Below are positions 24,401 to 37,466 of a stretch of DNA of 64,000 bases, in pieces (positions within the stretch are counted from its first letter, which is position 1; each line of letters begins with the position of its first letter). The notes beneath the pieces are model-generated. The model ran no database searches. It was not told the DNA's origin and saw only the letters and a list, made by a program, of their open reading frames with translations. Position numbers and translations under genes: made by a program. The stretch spans positions 372,001 to 436,000 of the forward strand of contig CAUYUJ010000170.1 in the NCBI GenBank assembly GCA_963575745.1. The letters run 5' to 3'. Origin of the DNA: Prorocentrum cordatum (lineage: Eukaryota).

Positions 24401-25736
24401 AGACCGCGCCGGGCACAAAAGAAGTACCAATTCGGGGGGACAGGCGAGGTCTCCCGAAGTTGCAACGTAAGAGCTTGGGTCGGGACTCTTTACTCAGCCG
24501 CGGCGGCGGCGCTGGCGACACGCTGCGCCATGCAAGCGGACAGCGTGTCGCTCCGATCCGCGGGGTGGGAGGTTAGGACAAGCTGGGACGTTGATGATTG
24601 GCTGGCTGCTCATTCTGGAGACCTTCCTGGAACCACTCGCTCCACTCATGCGTCGAAGCTGCGTCGAACGTCCGTCGATTCGAGTCGACCTTGACTCGAA
24701 CCTGAGTCGAACCTCAGTCACATTTGGGTCGAACTTGAGTCGAGGTGGGGTCGACCTGGAATTTGAGCCGAACAGATCCGTTAGGAGGGCCACAGGAAGG
24801 TCCCCAAAACGAGCATCTAAGCTTGGGGCTCGGACGTGGATGCGAGTCGCGCCGAAGGGCGGTGGGCTAGAACCGGCGGTGCGACACGCGAAGCAAAAGA
24901 TGTCATGGGTCGCCGCCCCTGTCGCGGGGGGGGGGCGGGGGGCAGCGCCTACGCGGAGCTCCGAAAGTGTACGTGCATGCCTCGGCGGTTCAAAGATAGG
25001 GGCCACGAGGGATAGGGCCGCAAGATTAGGATTTGGTTGTCTGTCTGTTGCCTGCTTCTGCCAAAACGAGAACGCTCAGAGGACAGGAAGTGGCTCACGA
25101 ACTGAACCCTGACTTGGTGGGGCTCTCTCGCCCTCGGGGCCCCATCCCTCAGGGCCCCAGACCCCGAACCGTCGAGCTGGGACAACCAAACGGCAGCAGC
25201 AGACGGTGGCGGAAAAATCCATCCGACCGATAAACCGATACACCGATAAAAACGAATCGCTTCATCGGTAGATCGGCAGATCGACCGACAAACCGATATG
25301 ATTATGTCAGTTCATCGGTGGATCTGCCGATATACTGATAAACCGATAAACCGTCTCATCGCAATCGTGTACGAATCTCAGCGCAGGATGGCTTTTATCG
25401 GTTGATTGGTTTATCGGTTGATCGGTTTACCGGCTCATCGGATCACTGGTCTGAGACCGCTGGGGGCATTCTTGAGGACCCGCAGGCCGCGACGCCCACG
25501 TCGGCGCGCCACTCACGAGGATCGCTCATGCTTTCTTCCGGTCCTTCCCTCGCCCTTTGCCCGCGCACTCCGCAGTCCGAGGCTGCGGGCGCAGCGCAAC
25601 GCGGAGTCCCCGCGGCGCGCGCCGGGGCGCCCTGGAGGGGTCCCCAGCGGCGCGCGCGGGTCGTCCGCTGCGCGGGGCAAAGAGAGCTGGCTGGCAGGCT
25701 GACGACGGGCAAAGGACTAAGGGCGATCACAACCAC

Positions 25737-25859
25737 TTCGGATTGTTCACGAACTACTTCGGTCGGATTGCAACCACTGGAAACGGACTGGTCGCAACCT
25801 GAAGGATTCCTATACATACGTGTCAGGAGAGCACCGGATCGCAACCGATCCAAGAGCTC
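25737..25859 (-). CDS. Candidate internal exon of the membrane-protein gene (ELLDRLRSG...VREQSE)
   Basis: Phase-0 acceptor cagcag|GAG. Unique, non-repetitive open frame. The donor position is uncertain. Confidence 0.35.
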
Positions 25860-25864
25860 CTGCT

Positions 25865-26335
25865 GAGGCCTCTGAAAGGCTTTTCTGAGGCCTCTGAAAG
25901 GCTACTATGAGGCCTCTGGAAGGCTTCTCTGAAGCATCTGAAGACTTCTCTGAGGCCTCGGGGGGGGGGGGAAACTCTGAGGCCTCTGAAAGGCTTCTCT
26001 GAGGGCTCTGAAAAGCTTCTCTGAGGCCTCTGCGAGGCTTGTGGGAGGCTTCTGAAAGGCTTGTGGGAAACTTATGAGAGGCTTGTGGGAGGCTTCCGAA
26101 AGGCTTCTGAGAGCTTTGTGGCTTATGAAAGGCTTACGAGAAGCTTCTGCGAGGGTTCTGAGAGGCTTCTGAAAGGCTTCTGAAAGGCCTCTGAGAGGCT
26201 TGCGAGAGGTTTCTGAGAGGCTTCTGAGAGGCTTCGAAGAGGCTTCTCGGAGAGGCTTCTGAAAGGCTTCTGAAAGGCCTCTGCGAGGCTTCCGAGAGGC
26301 TTCTGGGAGGCTTCCGAGAGGCTTCTGAGAGGCCT
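25865..26335 (+). repeat. 11-bp minisatellite (gaggcttctga-like)
   Basis: Tandem degenerate copies. Confidence 0.9.
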
Positions 26336-26523
26336 GCCCCGCAGGCCCCACAGGTCCCACAGGTCCTGCGTGTCGCACGGGCGCCAGAGGTCTCGCAGGC
26401 CGCGCAAGGCGCACACGTCCCCCAGCCATAGTTCCCACAACCACCACAGGCCCAGACCGCCTGGCGGCGTGACAACATCTGTTTTTGTTTCGGGCTCGCG
26501 GCGCCATCGCCGGGCCCACGGGC

Positions 26524-26763
26524 CGTCAAAAAGTGACTCAGTATGCAATGCTGGTCTGCTGTAGGTTCATGCGGCGTTGGCGCGCCGGCGACGTTGGCGA
26601 AGGCGTTCAAGGCTGCATGTTGCGACGCGGAAGCACCGACGGACACGTTGGGCCCAGCGTGCCCGACGAGGTTCAAAACTGAACGATCGGGGCCGCAGGC
26701 GGTGCCAAAAGCCTTGCGAGTGCCGACGCCGCGCGAACCGACCGTAGTGTAATTAGTCCACAC
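26524..26763 (-). CDS. Candidate internal exon of the membrane-protein gene (VWTNYTT...LSHFLT)
   Basis: ccccgcag|GTG acceptor and ACG|GC donor. 240 nt, phase 0/0; only this frame is open. Confidence 0.45.
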
Positions 26764-27442
26764 CTGCGGGGGTCGACATTCCGGAATAGTCATGATGTTG
26801 GGTGTCTAGGCCGCCGCCTCCTTCCGCCTTGCCATCCTGCCCTCTTCCGTTTCCCCCTGTTCCTCCTCCTCCTCCTCCTCCTCCTCCTCCTCCTCCTCCT
26901 CCTCCTCCTCCTTCTCCTCCTCCTCAGCCTCCTCCTCCTCCTCCTCTTCCTGCTCCTGCTCCTCCTGCTTCTGTCGTTTCTTCCTCCCCTCCTGCTTCTC
27001 CCTTCCTCCTCCCCCCCTTCCACCTTTTCCACCTTTTTCCTCCTCCTCTTTTCCTCCTCCTCCTCCTCCTCCTCCTCCTCCTCCTCTTCCGTCTCCTCCT
27101 CCTCCGTCCTCCTCCTCCTCCTCCTCCTCCTCCTCCTCCTGCCTCCTCCTCCTCCTCCTTCCGCCTCCTCCTCCTCCCCTCCTCCTCCTCCTCCTCCTCC
27201 CCCCTCCTCCTCCTCTCCTCCTCCTCCTCCTCCTCCTCCCTCCTCCTCCTCCCCCTCCTCCTCCTCCTCCTCCTCCTCTCTCCTCCTCCTCCTCCTCCTC
27301 CTCCTCCTCCTCCTCCTCCTCCTCCTCCCCTCCTCCTCTCCTCCTCCTCCTCCTCCTCCTCCTCCTCCTCCTCCTCCTCCTCCTCCTCCTCCTCCTCCTC
27401 CTCCTCTTCCTCCTCCCCCCCATCCTCCTCATCCTCCTCCTC

Positions 27443-28797
27443 CCCGCATTTGCTGCAGACTGTTGGCCGTGCTGAGAGGTACGCGATCAGGGAGGGGCTC
27501 GACGCTGTCCCTGACCACCAGTGCTTCGTCACTGACCTGCTGGCGCTCGCCCAGGAAGGAGAGCGTTTGTGCCCGGAGCTCGAGCAGGGTCGTGCCAAGC
27601 ATGCCAGAGCGTGGCGGGACATCTTCGTGGCCAACCGCAGACGCACCCTGCGGGACCCTCCCAAGTTCCGATGGACGCCTGCGCACAGGTCCTCGGTGGA
27701 GCTTGTGGGCACAGAGCCGCAGGAGTTGCGTGACTGGCTAGGCAACGGCCGGGCAGACTACTTCGCGCGCTGCGGTGCGGCCTCTCACGCACTGGTTGGG
27801 TCGGTTGCCGAGGCGGTAACTGCTGCGCTGAAACAGCACCGCAAGGTCCTGCAGTTCATTTCGTGGGCGGCACTGCAGGTGGCGGCTCGCGAACCATGGG
27901 GATGCGACGCGGAGGCCCCCAGGCCACCTTGCGTGCAGGCCAGGCCCATCGTGGTGGCACGAAGCACGGACCATGCCCCTGCTTACTGTGCCAGCCTCGG
28001 GCGGTACCGATGTACCAAATGCGGAGTCACGGCCACAACAGGCCCCTCCCTCGATTCGCTGCAAGCTGGCTCTCATCGTGCATGTCGGCCTTCGCGCGTT
28101 GCCAAAGCTTCCAACGCCGAGTACTTCCGCACCTTCGGCGCGGGTTGGGCCCTCTGCAGCGACCAAAGGGCTGACATGGCCCTGGGCGCGGCCTTGGCGC
28201 TCGAAGGGAGCTCGCAGTCCTCGACTCCCGCGGCCTTGGTGCCACCTGCCCTGGCCGAGGAGGTAGGGGGCGCCTTCGCCGCGCTTGGGCACGACGCGTT
28301 CAGGGGCAACGATGTCCACTGTCGCAGACGCTGCGGGTCCCACTGTGCTGCGAGCGATGTCCGCACAGGGCGGAAGCTCGGCTTGAGGTGCGAAGGGTTC
28401 TCGCCCAACGAGTCCACGCGCCGCAACCAGCAAGGTGCGATCAGGCGCGTCGAGAAGGGACTGGCGCCTCGTGCCCGACGTACCCCAGCGGCGCAGCTCC
28501 CGCAGGGTTGCCCCTCTCGCAGCCACGCGGCGCGATGATCGACCATGTCGTGATTCGCTGCCGTTCCGTGGTCGGCTGGTGGCACGGCGTCTTCTTCGGC
28601 GGCGACGCCTCTTTCGTCGACGGCAAGTTGGCCTGCGCCGGCGCGCCCCTGACTCTCTTCCTCTGCGATTGGGACTTCCTCCACACTTTCTTCAACCTTG
28701 CCCTCTCCGCCATCGCGGCGCGGGGGCGCCTCGGCGTAGTCCGTCGGGCGCGCGCCAGCGCGGCCGGCGGGAGACGCTCGAGAGGCGCTGCGCTCCT
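27443..28797 (+). mobile_element. 5'-truncated non-LTR retrotransposon 3' fragment: RNase H1 domain + Cys/His zinc-finger motifs, embedded in (CCT)n
   Basis: RNase H motifs QTVGRAERYAI, FVTD, AKHARAW, RWTPAH, WLGNGRADYFARCGA. Then H..YC....YRCTKCG and GH......VHCRRRCG. (CCT)n on both sides (26860-27442 and 28798-28860). Confidence 0.85.
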
Positions 28798-29565
28798 CTT
28801 TCTCCTCCTCCTCCTCCTCCTCCTCCTCCTCCTCCTCCTCCTCCTCCTCCTCCTCCTCGCCCTCCTCCGTTTTTGTCTCCCCCCCACTTCCCATATTTTC
28901 CCATGTTTTCTGGGGAATCGACGATTAATTGTGTCTGTGTGTTTTTCCCTCCTGAATAGTGTAGGGTTGGCGCCCCTCCGACCACTGGTCACGTCACGCG
29001 TCGCGCCGGCGCCGTTCCCAGACGGCGCCAGCGCGAGTCGTGACGTGGACGGCCCCCTCCCCCCCTTCCTCCTCTTCCTCTCCTGCTCCGCCGCCCCCCC
29101 TCCTCCTCCTCCCCCTCCCCCTCCTCCTCCTCCTCCTCCTCCTCCTCCTCCTCCTCCTCCTCCCTCCTCCTCCTCCTCCTCCTCCTCCTCCTCCTCCTCC
29201 TCCTCCTGATGCTCCGCCCTCCCCCTCCTCCTCGCTCCCCCTCCCCTCCTCCTCCTCCTCCTCCTCCTCCTCCTCCTCCTCCTCCTCCTCCTCCTCCTCC
29301 TCCTCCTCCTCCTCCTCCTCCTCCTCCTCCTCCTCCTCCTCCTCCTCCTCCTCCTCTGGTCACGCCCACTATCGCCAAGGGGGGCGAACTGTCTCAGAGA
29401 TAGCTATACCGCCACTTCGTGGACCTCTCACAGGGTGCGCTCTGACCAGAGCTTCGAGGCGAGGCCGGCGGCGGCGACGGGAGCCTCCCAGGAGGCCCAA
29501 CGACCCCCAGCAGAGCAGCCGAGTAGCAGCAAAGGTGAAGAGGCGGGCCGAGGAGCATTTGGCGG

Positions 29566-29719
29566 CGCGCACAAGGGTGGAGGGAGGGGGGGGCTTCTTA
29601 GAAGGAGGCTGCTTCTTAGAAGGCGCCGGCCTTACATCTATACATAAGGCCCGCGCCTTCTAAGAAGCAGGGGTGCTTCTAAGAAGCCCTCCCCCCTCCC
29701 CCCACCCCCCTTTGCGCGT
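29566..29719. repeat. ~150-bp near-perfect hairpin/inverted repeat
   Basis: gcttcttagaag.....gcttcttagaaggcgccggccttac / taaggcccgcgccttctaagaagc.....cttctaagaagc, with G-rich and C-rich outer arms. Confidence 0.85.
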
Positions 29720-30318
29720 GGCTGAAGCAGGAGAAGCACTGCCGGGAAATCTTGCCTTGAGAAAGAGAAGATGCAGCCGGTGCGTGGCCGTCGGGGCCAC
29801 AAAAAAGAGCCCGCGTTACGGCGAGAGCACGACCCCTGAGGAGATCGTGAGGACGTCTCCGGCGAGACAGCTTCCGGACCAGGCGGTCCGGGGCTCCCCG
29901 TCCCCCCTGTGGGGCCCTTCCCTGGTCCCTTCGAACATCGATGAGAGCCAGCGAGCACGCCATGAGGGAGAAAGGGTATCGGCACTTTTTCCTACTCGGG
30001 GCAACGATGCGGGGGGACTGGGCTCAAGGGGGAAGCATCGACCTGGAATCGGCGATACATCGCCGATAGATCGGCGACAGGCCCCCGATAGCGGAGCCGC
30101 ACGTTCCTGGGCGGTGTCGGCGCCTCCCCCATTGAGCCGATCCCCCCTCGGTGAGCCGCCCCGAGGCGCAACGCGCAACCCGTAGCGTGTTGACATGTAG
30201 CTCAAGCCGTAGACTGAAGACATAGGCCTGGCGCGGCACGTTCGCCGACATGCGGGTGCCGAGACAACGCGCAGCGTGATAGCACGGGCGTTTTGAACAC
30301 GGTACGTCTTGCGCTTCT

Positions 30319-30512
30319 GGAAGAACAGGGAAGGCACAACAAGTTCTCGGAGCTCCGCACGGATTTCGTGGATCGGTGCTGGGCCCCCCTCCCTGGCGCG
30401 CGGAGCGCGCCAAGGGCGGCGCTGGAGGCGCCGCCGGGGGGGGGGCCAGCGCCGATCCAAGAGATCCGCACGGAGCTGCGAAAGTTTCTGCATGTGCCGT
30501 CTCTGCTCCCTC
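30319..30512. mobile_element. Diverged second copy of the 9004-9200 MITE, opposite orientation
   Basis: Central ccctccctggcgcgcggagcgcgccaagggcggcgctggaggcgccgccggggg is the reverse complement of 9073-9128. Arms ccgcacggatttcgtggatcgg / ccgatccaagagatccgcacgga. Confidence 0.8.
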
Positions 30513-30842
30513 GAGGGTCAAGACGGGCGCATCAGGGCAGCCTACGCCCCGTCACAGGATGGGCCGACCCTCCACCACCACCACTACCATGAGTAGGAGA
30601 GGGGGGAGAGGGGAGGGGGAGGAGAACAAGCTAGGTGCACTCGCGTCATATCTGACATCCTACCCCTCCCTCCCATCCCGTACCATGGCGCAGATCCCCT
30701 CTCTACTCGCTCAGTCGGATGTCGAGCAGGGCAATGATCCCGAAAGGGTACGCGATGCATTGTAGAGCACGGCATGGCATGGCGTAGAAGAGCACCGCAA
30801 AGCGTAGTATCAACCTAGCATTGCATTGCATGCCGTGGCATG

Positions 30843-31015
30843 GCACGGGAAATGACGCCAGCGCTGCAGCGGGAGCACGAGTCGAAACGAGCGGAAGCGC
30901 GGAAATGAGGCCAGCGCTGCAGCGGGAGCACGATTCGGAACGAGCGGAAGCACGGAAATGAGGCCAGCGCTGCAGCGGGAGCACGATTCGGAACGAGCGG
31001 GGCCCGAAAATGAGG
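30843..31015 (+). repeat. 53-bp tandem repeat x3
   Basis: ggaaatgaggccagcgctgcagcgggagcacgattcggaacgagcgg at 30848, 30901 and 30954. Confidence 0.9.
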
Positions 31016-32399
31016 CCGGCGTCTCAGCGAGAGCAGCATGTTGAGAAAAAATGCAGGCGAAAACCAAACTCCGGGGAAACCTGTGTTAAAAATGGTACGC
31101 GGGGGGGGGTCGGCCACTTTCAAATCGTCATCAGGGGAAGAGGGAGAGTAGTATTCATATTGAGTAATTGTGGAGGAGGAGGAGGAGGAGGAGGAGGAGG
31201 ACCACCCGGTCCTCCCTTCTCCCCCATCCTACCTGTTCTAGCGGTGGCGAAAATTTGCCCATCCACACGCACACAACGTCCTTAGAACACAAACCCAACG
31301 CGCTAGAGCAAGACATTCCAGGCCAGAAGTGTTCCAAGCACACTTGCACAAACCAAAAAAAAATGTCAGAACATTCTTTGGTGGACCCATAGGGAAGCCA
31401 GGACGCTTCGCCACTGCTTGACTCACATCCCCTCTGCGCTGGCCTCCGCCAGGCCGGACGCGCGGAGCGGCGCCGCCGCTGCGGCACCGCCCGACTCCCT
31501 GCGCAGCAGCGCCGCGGCTCGGCCGCGGCGGGCAGGGCGGCTGGCTTCGCCAGCGCGGCCGGCGTCCCCGCCTGGGGGCCTGGCGTGGGCCGAGACGTCG
31601 GCACCGACAGCCCACTCCTCCGCCTCCCCCCCCCCTCCTCCCCCAACCCCTCCCCCTCCCTCCTCACTCCTCGCTCCTCCCGTGGCCCGAGAGAGAGAGA
31701 GAGACGACGCAAAAGCGCCGATCCGTGGCACTTCGAGGCCATCCTGCGGCCCAAGTCTTTCAATACTTCCGCAGGCCGAGAGATTTTCCTCTTGAGCCCC
31801 ACATGTCATCCTCTTGCCTTTTTCCCTCATCCTTCCCCTCTTCATAAATTTATTCCCGGGAAATAAATGGATCCATCGTTTTTTTTCACACACAGGAAAT
31901 TGGATCCGCGCAACACAGAAATAGGATCCACGAAACTCTCCCACACCCGCAAAGGGATCCAATTGGATCCGTTGATGTTGTCATATATTTTTAGTCCAAG
32001 AGGAAAAAACTTTCGGCCTGGGGATGTACTGAAGATGCTGTTTGCTCCCCGGGTGAATTGGCCCCGAGGGGCCCAAACGGCTGCCCAGAACCAAAGAGCA
32101 CGACCCGGCATCATCGGCCAGCGTCTGCCGCCGCCTCCTCCTCAAACAAACCTACCTCGCTCTTGACCACCCTCGCTTCCAAGAGAGACCAAGCGATGCC
32201 AAACTACGGCCTGTACTGGTCAGGCCGCTTGACGAGGAGGCGCGTGGTATGACTTGGTTTTGCCTGGAAGCGAAAGCGGGGTAGGTAATTCACGCTCTGA
32301 ATATTAAAAACTCCTCCCTGCCGCACCCCGAGGCTGGTCGAAAGGGCGAGACGGGCGTGTCACCCGAGATTTCCTTACCACTCACGACCCTGAAGCTAG

Positions 32400-33550
32400 A
32401 AGACGGCAACAGCTTCACAAATGGACGGCGGGTGGTTTTCAAAATGTGGCTCTCGCTGTAGCGCAACGTACATTCGTCTCAAACGTATGCAAAAGCTTCA
32501 AGGATGGAGGGCGGGCCATTTTCGAAATGTGCCTCTCGCCTAAGCACCGCGCACACTCGTCCTGGAAGCTCGCAAGAGCTTCACGGAATGAAGGCGGCAC
32601 GTTTTCAAAACGTGGCTCTCGCCTTAGCGCCGTGCACCTTCGCTTGAAAATGTTGCAAGAGTTTCACGGATTGAGGGCGGGTCGTTTTCGAAATGTGGCT
32701 CGCGCCTTAGCGCCATGCACATTATTTCTAATACTTCTGCAAGAGCTTCACGGAGAGGGCTGTGGTTCTCAAAAAGCGGATCTCGCCTTATCGCCGCACA
32801 CAGTCGCCTTAAAAGTTCGCAAGAGCTTCACGACTGATGGCGGCTCGTTTTCAGAAAGTGGTTCTCGCCTGAGCGCCGTGCACATTCGTTCTGGAGCATG
32901 GCAAGAGCTTGACGGATTGAGGGCGGCTCGTTTTCAAAACATGGCTTTCGCATGAAGCCAAGCGCACATTCGTATTACAATCTTACAAGAGCTTGACGGA
33001 TTGAGGGCGGATCATATTCAAAATGTGGTCCTCGCAATGGCGAAGCGCACACTCGTCTTGAAAATCCGCAGAAACTTCACGGAATGAGGGCGGCACGTTT
33101 TCAGAACATGGTTCTCGCCTTGTCGACGCGCACACTCGTTTGAAAAGTTTGCAAGAGCTTCACGGATTGAGGGCGGCTCGTTTTCAAAATGTGGATCGCG
33201 CCCTAACGCCGCGAACCGTTGTTTGAAAAGTTTGCAAGAGCTTCACGGATTGAGGGCGGCACGTTTTCAAAACGTGGCTCGCGCCTGCGCGCCGTGCACA
33301 GCCTTTCCCAAACACTGCAAAGAGCTTCGCGGATTGAGGGCGAGTCGATTTCAAAATGTGGCCCCCGCCTGAGCGCAACGCACATCCGTATTAAAAGTGT
33401 GCAAGAGCTTCACGGATTGAGGGCGGGTGGTTTTCTAAATGTGGCTCTCGCCTGCGCGCGCAGGAGCTTCACGGACTGAGGGCGGTTCCTTTTCAACATG
33501 TGGCTCTCGCCCTGGCGCCGCGCACATTCGTTTTAAAGGTTTGCAAGAAA
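32400..33550 (+). repeat. Diverged tandem satellite, ~83-bp unit
   Basis: gcaagagcttcacggattgagggcgg....ttttcaaaatgtggctctcgcc repeated about 14 times. Confidence 0.92.
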
Positions 33551-33883
33551 GCCACTGGTTCTCATGGCCAACGCAGCAAAAAACAAAGTTCTGGACCGGC
33601 TCATGATTGCCAAGGCGCAACGATTACGTTGACTCGCGGCGTTGAAGACCCAGGAATGGCGTTTTGGTACGGTTCAGAATCGCCAAGACCTCATAATCAA
33701 GTTAACTCGTGGCGCTGGAAGTCCTGAGAGTGGTGTTTTGGCACGCTTCGCGATTTCTGCACGGTTGTTCCCTAACGGGGCACTTCCCCCCAGTGGAGAT
33801 GAACCATTGTAGGGGCCTTTGAAAAGAAACCTTGCAGGGAGGGTGTATTCCAGCATCGTTGATCACTCTTGGGTATACACTGG

Positions 33884-34266
33884 TCCTCCTTCTCCTCCTC
33901 CTCCTTCTCCTCCTCCTCCTCCTACTCCTCCCTCCTCCTCCTCCTCCTCCTCCTCCTCCTCCTCCTCCTCCTCCTCCTCCTCCTCCTCTCCTCCTCCCTC
34001 CTCCTCCCTCCTCCTCCCTCCTCCTCCCTCCTCCTCCTCCTCCTCCTCCTCCTCCTCCTCCTCCTCCTTCTCCTCCTCCTCCTCTTCATTCTCCCCCCTC
34101 GTCCTCCTTCTCCTGCCTCCCTGCTCCTTCTCCTCCCCCTTCTCCTCCTCATCATCATCCTTCCTCCTCCCCTCCTCCTCCTCCTCCTCCTCCTCCTCCT
34201 CCTCCTCTCCTCCTCCTTTTCCTCCTCATCATCATCACCATCATCACCATCATCCTTATCATATTC

Positions 34267-34315
<49 letters not shown>

Positions 34316-34656
34316 CCACTGTCATCATCATCACCATCATCATCATCAGCATCATCGTCATCATCATCGTCATCAGCATCATCATCATCATTATCATCAG
34401 CAGCATCACCAAAAGCATCATCATCCCTCCACCATCTCCTCCAACTCCTCCTCCCCCTCCTCCTCCTCCTCCTCGTCGTCCTCCTCCTCGTCCTCCTTCT
34501 CCTCGTCCTCCTCCCTCCTCCTCCTCCTCCTCCTCCTCCTCCTCCTCCTCCTCCTCCTCCTCCTCCTCCTCCTCCCTCCGCCTCCCCTCTTCCTTTCCTC
34601 TCCTCCTCCTCCTCCTCCTCCTCCTGCTCCTCCTCCTCCTCCTCCTCCTCCTCCTC

Positions 34657-34687
<31 letters not shown>

Positions 34688-35420
34688 TCCTCATCTTCCT
34701 CCTCCTTCTCCTCATCCTCTCCTCTTCCCTCCTCCCTCATCCCTCCTCCTCCCTCCTCCCTCCTCCCCCCCTCTTCCTCCTTCTTCCTTCCTCCCTCCTC
34801 CCGCCTACCTCCTCCTCTCTCCTCCCTCCTCTGACCTCTCCCCTTCTCCATCATCCCTCCTCTTTCTCATTCTCCTCCTCCTCCACTTCCTCCTCTTACT
34901 ATTACCATGATTATTAGTAGTATTAGTGTTGCTGTAATGATTCGTGTTAGTATCAGTATGGTTTTGATTAATAGTAGTATTAGTAATAACATTAGAATTA
35001 GTATTGGTAGTTAGTAGTATCCTCCTCCTCCTCCTCCCCCTCCTCCTCCTCCTCCTCCTCCTCCTCCTCCTCCTCCTCCTTCTCCTCCTCCTCCTCCTCC
35101 TCCCTCCTTCTCTCATGCTCCTCCTCCTCCTCCTCCTCCTCCTCCTCCTCTTCTTGGTTATGCTGCCCCTCCTCCTTCATTTCCTGCTCCATCTCCTCCT
35201 CCTCCCCTCCCATGTCCTGCTCACCTCTTCCTCCATCTCCTCCTCCTCCTCCATCTCCTCCTCCGTGTCCTCTCCCCTCCTCCTCCTCCTCCCTCCTCCT
35301 CCTCCTCCTCCTCCTCCTCTTCTCCTCCTCCTCCTCCTCCTCCTGATCGCCCTCCTCCTCCTCCTCCTCCTCCTCCTCCTCCTCCTTCTCGTCCTCCTCC
35401 TCCTCCGCCGCCTCCTCCTC
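33884..35420 (+). repeat. Compound (CCT)/(CAT)/(TAG) low-complexity tract
   Basis: Direct inspection. Confidence 0.95.
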
Positions 35421-35519
35421 ATCTTCCCGGTCTCCTGGCTTCGCTGTTCACTCTCGCCCCGCCTTCGGGCCTGGCGCTTCTCGCCTGACACCTCCTCACC
35501 AGTCAAGCCCTTCGGCTGA

Positions 35520-35870
35520 GAGTTTGCAACAGTTTCACGGATGGCGGGCGGGCCGTTTTCAAAACGTGACTCTCGCCTTCGAGCCGCGCACGCACGTCGT
35601 GGAAAGGTTCCAAGCGTTTCAGGGGTGGAGGGCGGGTCGTTTTCGAGATGTGGCTCTCTCGCCCCAGCGCCGCGCACAGTCGTCCCAAGAGTTTGCCAGA
35701 GCTTCACGGGTGGAGGCCGGGTGGTTTCGAACTGTGGCTCTCATCTCAGAGGCGTGCACGTTCGTCCTGACAGTTCGCAAAGAGCTTCACGGATGGAGGG
35801 CGGCACATGCTCAAGATGTGGCTCTCGCCTGCGCGCCGCGCAAACTCGTCCTACGAATGTACAAGCGGTT
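35520..35870 (+). repeat. Second block of the ~83-bp satellite
   Basis: Same unit as 32400-33550, about 4 copies. Confidence 0.85.
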
Positions 35871-36299
35871 CAAGGATTAGTACGGCTGACGTCCCAGCAT
35901 GTTTCTGGCACGATGTGAAAATTGGCAGGGCGCAGCCGATGCGTTGATTCGGGGTGCTGGGGTCCCAAGGATGGCTTCTGGCACGATCCAGGATCGTCCG
36001 GACGCAACTGCGACTTTGACTCGGGGCGCTGAGGAGGAGGAAGACGACGAGGAGGAGGGGGACGAGAAGGAGGAAGCGGAGGAGAAGAAGGCTGATGATG
36101 ATGATGATGAGGAGGAGGAGGAGGAGTAGGAGGAGGACGCAACAGTGAATTATGTTCTGGCACGGTTTAAAAATTTCAGACGTGTACCTTCCAACGGGGT
36201 CCTTCCCTCAGTGACACTGAATCTTCGTGGGGATCTCTGACGAAGGAACGTCGAGGTCGGGCATATTACAAAGTCGTGAATGGGTCTGGGGTTTACACT

Positions 36300-37425
36300 G
36301 GTCCTCTTCCCTCCACCCTCCTCCTCCTCCTCCTCCTCCTCCTCCTCCTCCTCCTATCACTCCCTCCCTCCCTCCCTCCCTCCCTACCTCCATCCCTCCC
36401 TCCCTCCCCCTCACCCCCTCCCGCACCCATCCACACTCCCTCCACTCCTCCTCGTCCTCGTTCTCCGCCTCTTCCTCCTACTCCTCCAACTCCTCTCCTA
36501 CTCCTCCTCCTACTCCCTCCTCCTCTCCTTCTCCCCTCCTCCCTCCTCCTTCCTCTCTCCTCTCCTCCTCCTCCTCCTCCTCCTCTCCTCCCTCCTCCTC
36601 CTCCTCCGCCTCCTCCTCCTCCACCGTCTCCTCCTCCCCCCTCCTCCTCCTCCTCCTCCTCCATCATCATCCTCTCTCTACTCCGCCTTCCGCCTCCTCC
36701 TCCTCATCCTCCTCCTCCTCCTCTCCCCCTCCTCCCTCCTCCTCCTCCTCTCTCTCCTTCCTCCTCCGCTCTCCGCCTCCTCCTCCTTCCTACTCTCCTC
36801 CTCATCCTCCTCCTCCTGCATCTCCTCTAAACCCTCGTCTCCTCCTCCTCCTCCTCCTACTCCTCCGTTTCCGCATCTCCTCTTTCTCCTCCTCCTCCTC
36901 CTCCTCCTCCTCCTCCTCCTCCTCCTCTATTCCTCCTCCTCCTTCTCCTCCTCGTCCCTCCTTTCTCATCCCGCTGTGGTCCCGCTTGACGCGCCATAAG
37001 GGTATGTGACCGCTCTCCTCCTCATCCTCCTCATCCTCCTCCTCCTCCTCCTCTCCTCATCTTCCTCCTCCTCCTCACATCCCCTCTCCTCCTCGTCTCT
37101 CCCTCATCCTCTCTCCTCCTCCCTCCCCCCCCCTCCTCCTCCTCCTCCTCCTCCCCCTCCTCCTCCTCCCCCTCTCCTCTCATCCTCTCCCTCTCTCCCT
37201 CTGTCCCTCCCCTCCTCCTCTCCTCCTCCATCCTCTCCCTCCTCCTCCTCCTCCTCCTCCTCTCCGTCTTCATCCTCCTCCTCCCCCTCCGTCTCCTCGC
37301 ATTTTCCTTCCCCCCTTTTTTTTCCTCCTCCTCCTCCTCCTCCTCCTCCTCATCCCCCTCAGCCTCCTCCTCCTCATCTTCTTCATCAGAATCATTATCA
37401 TGAGTATCAACATCATCATCACCAC

Positions 37426-37466
<41 letters not shown>

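Noticed and set aside
24490..24660. Further exons (THEWSEWFQEG...; DTLSACMAQRVASAAAAAE)
   Set aside because: Protein-like, but consistent splice sites and phases could not be established, so left unannotated.
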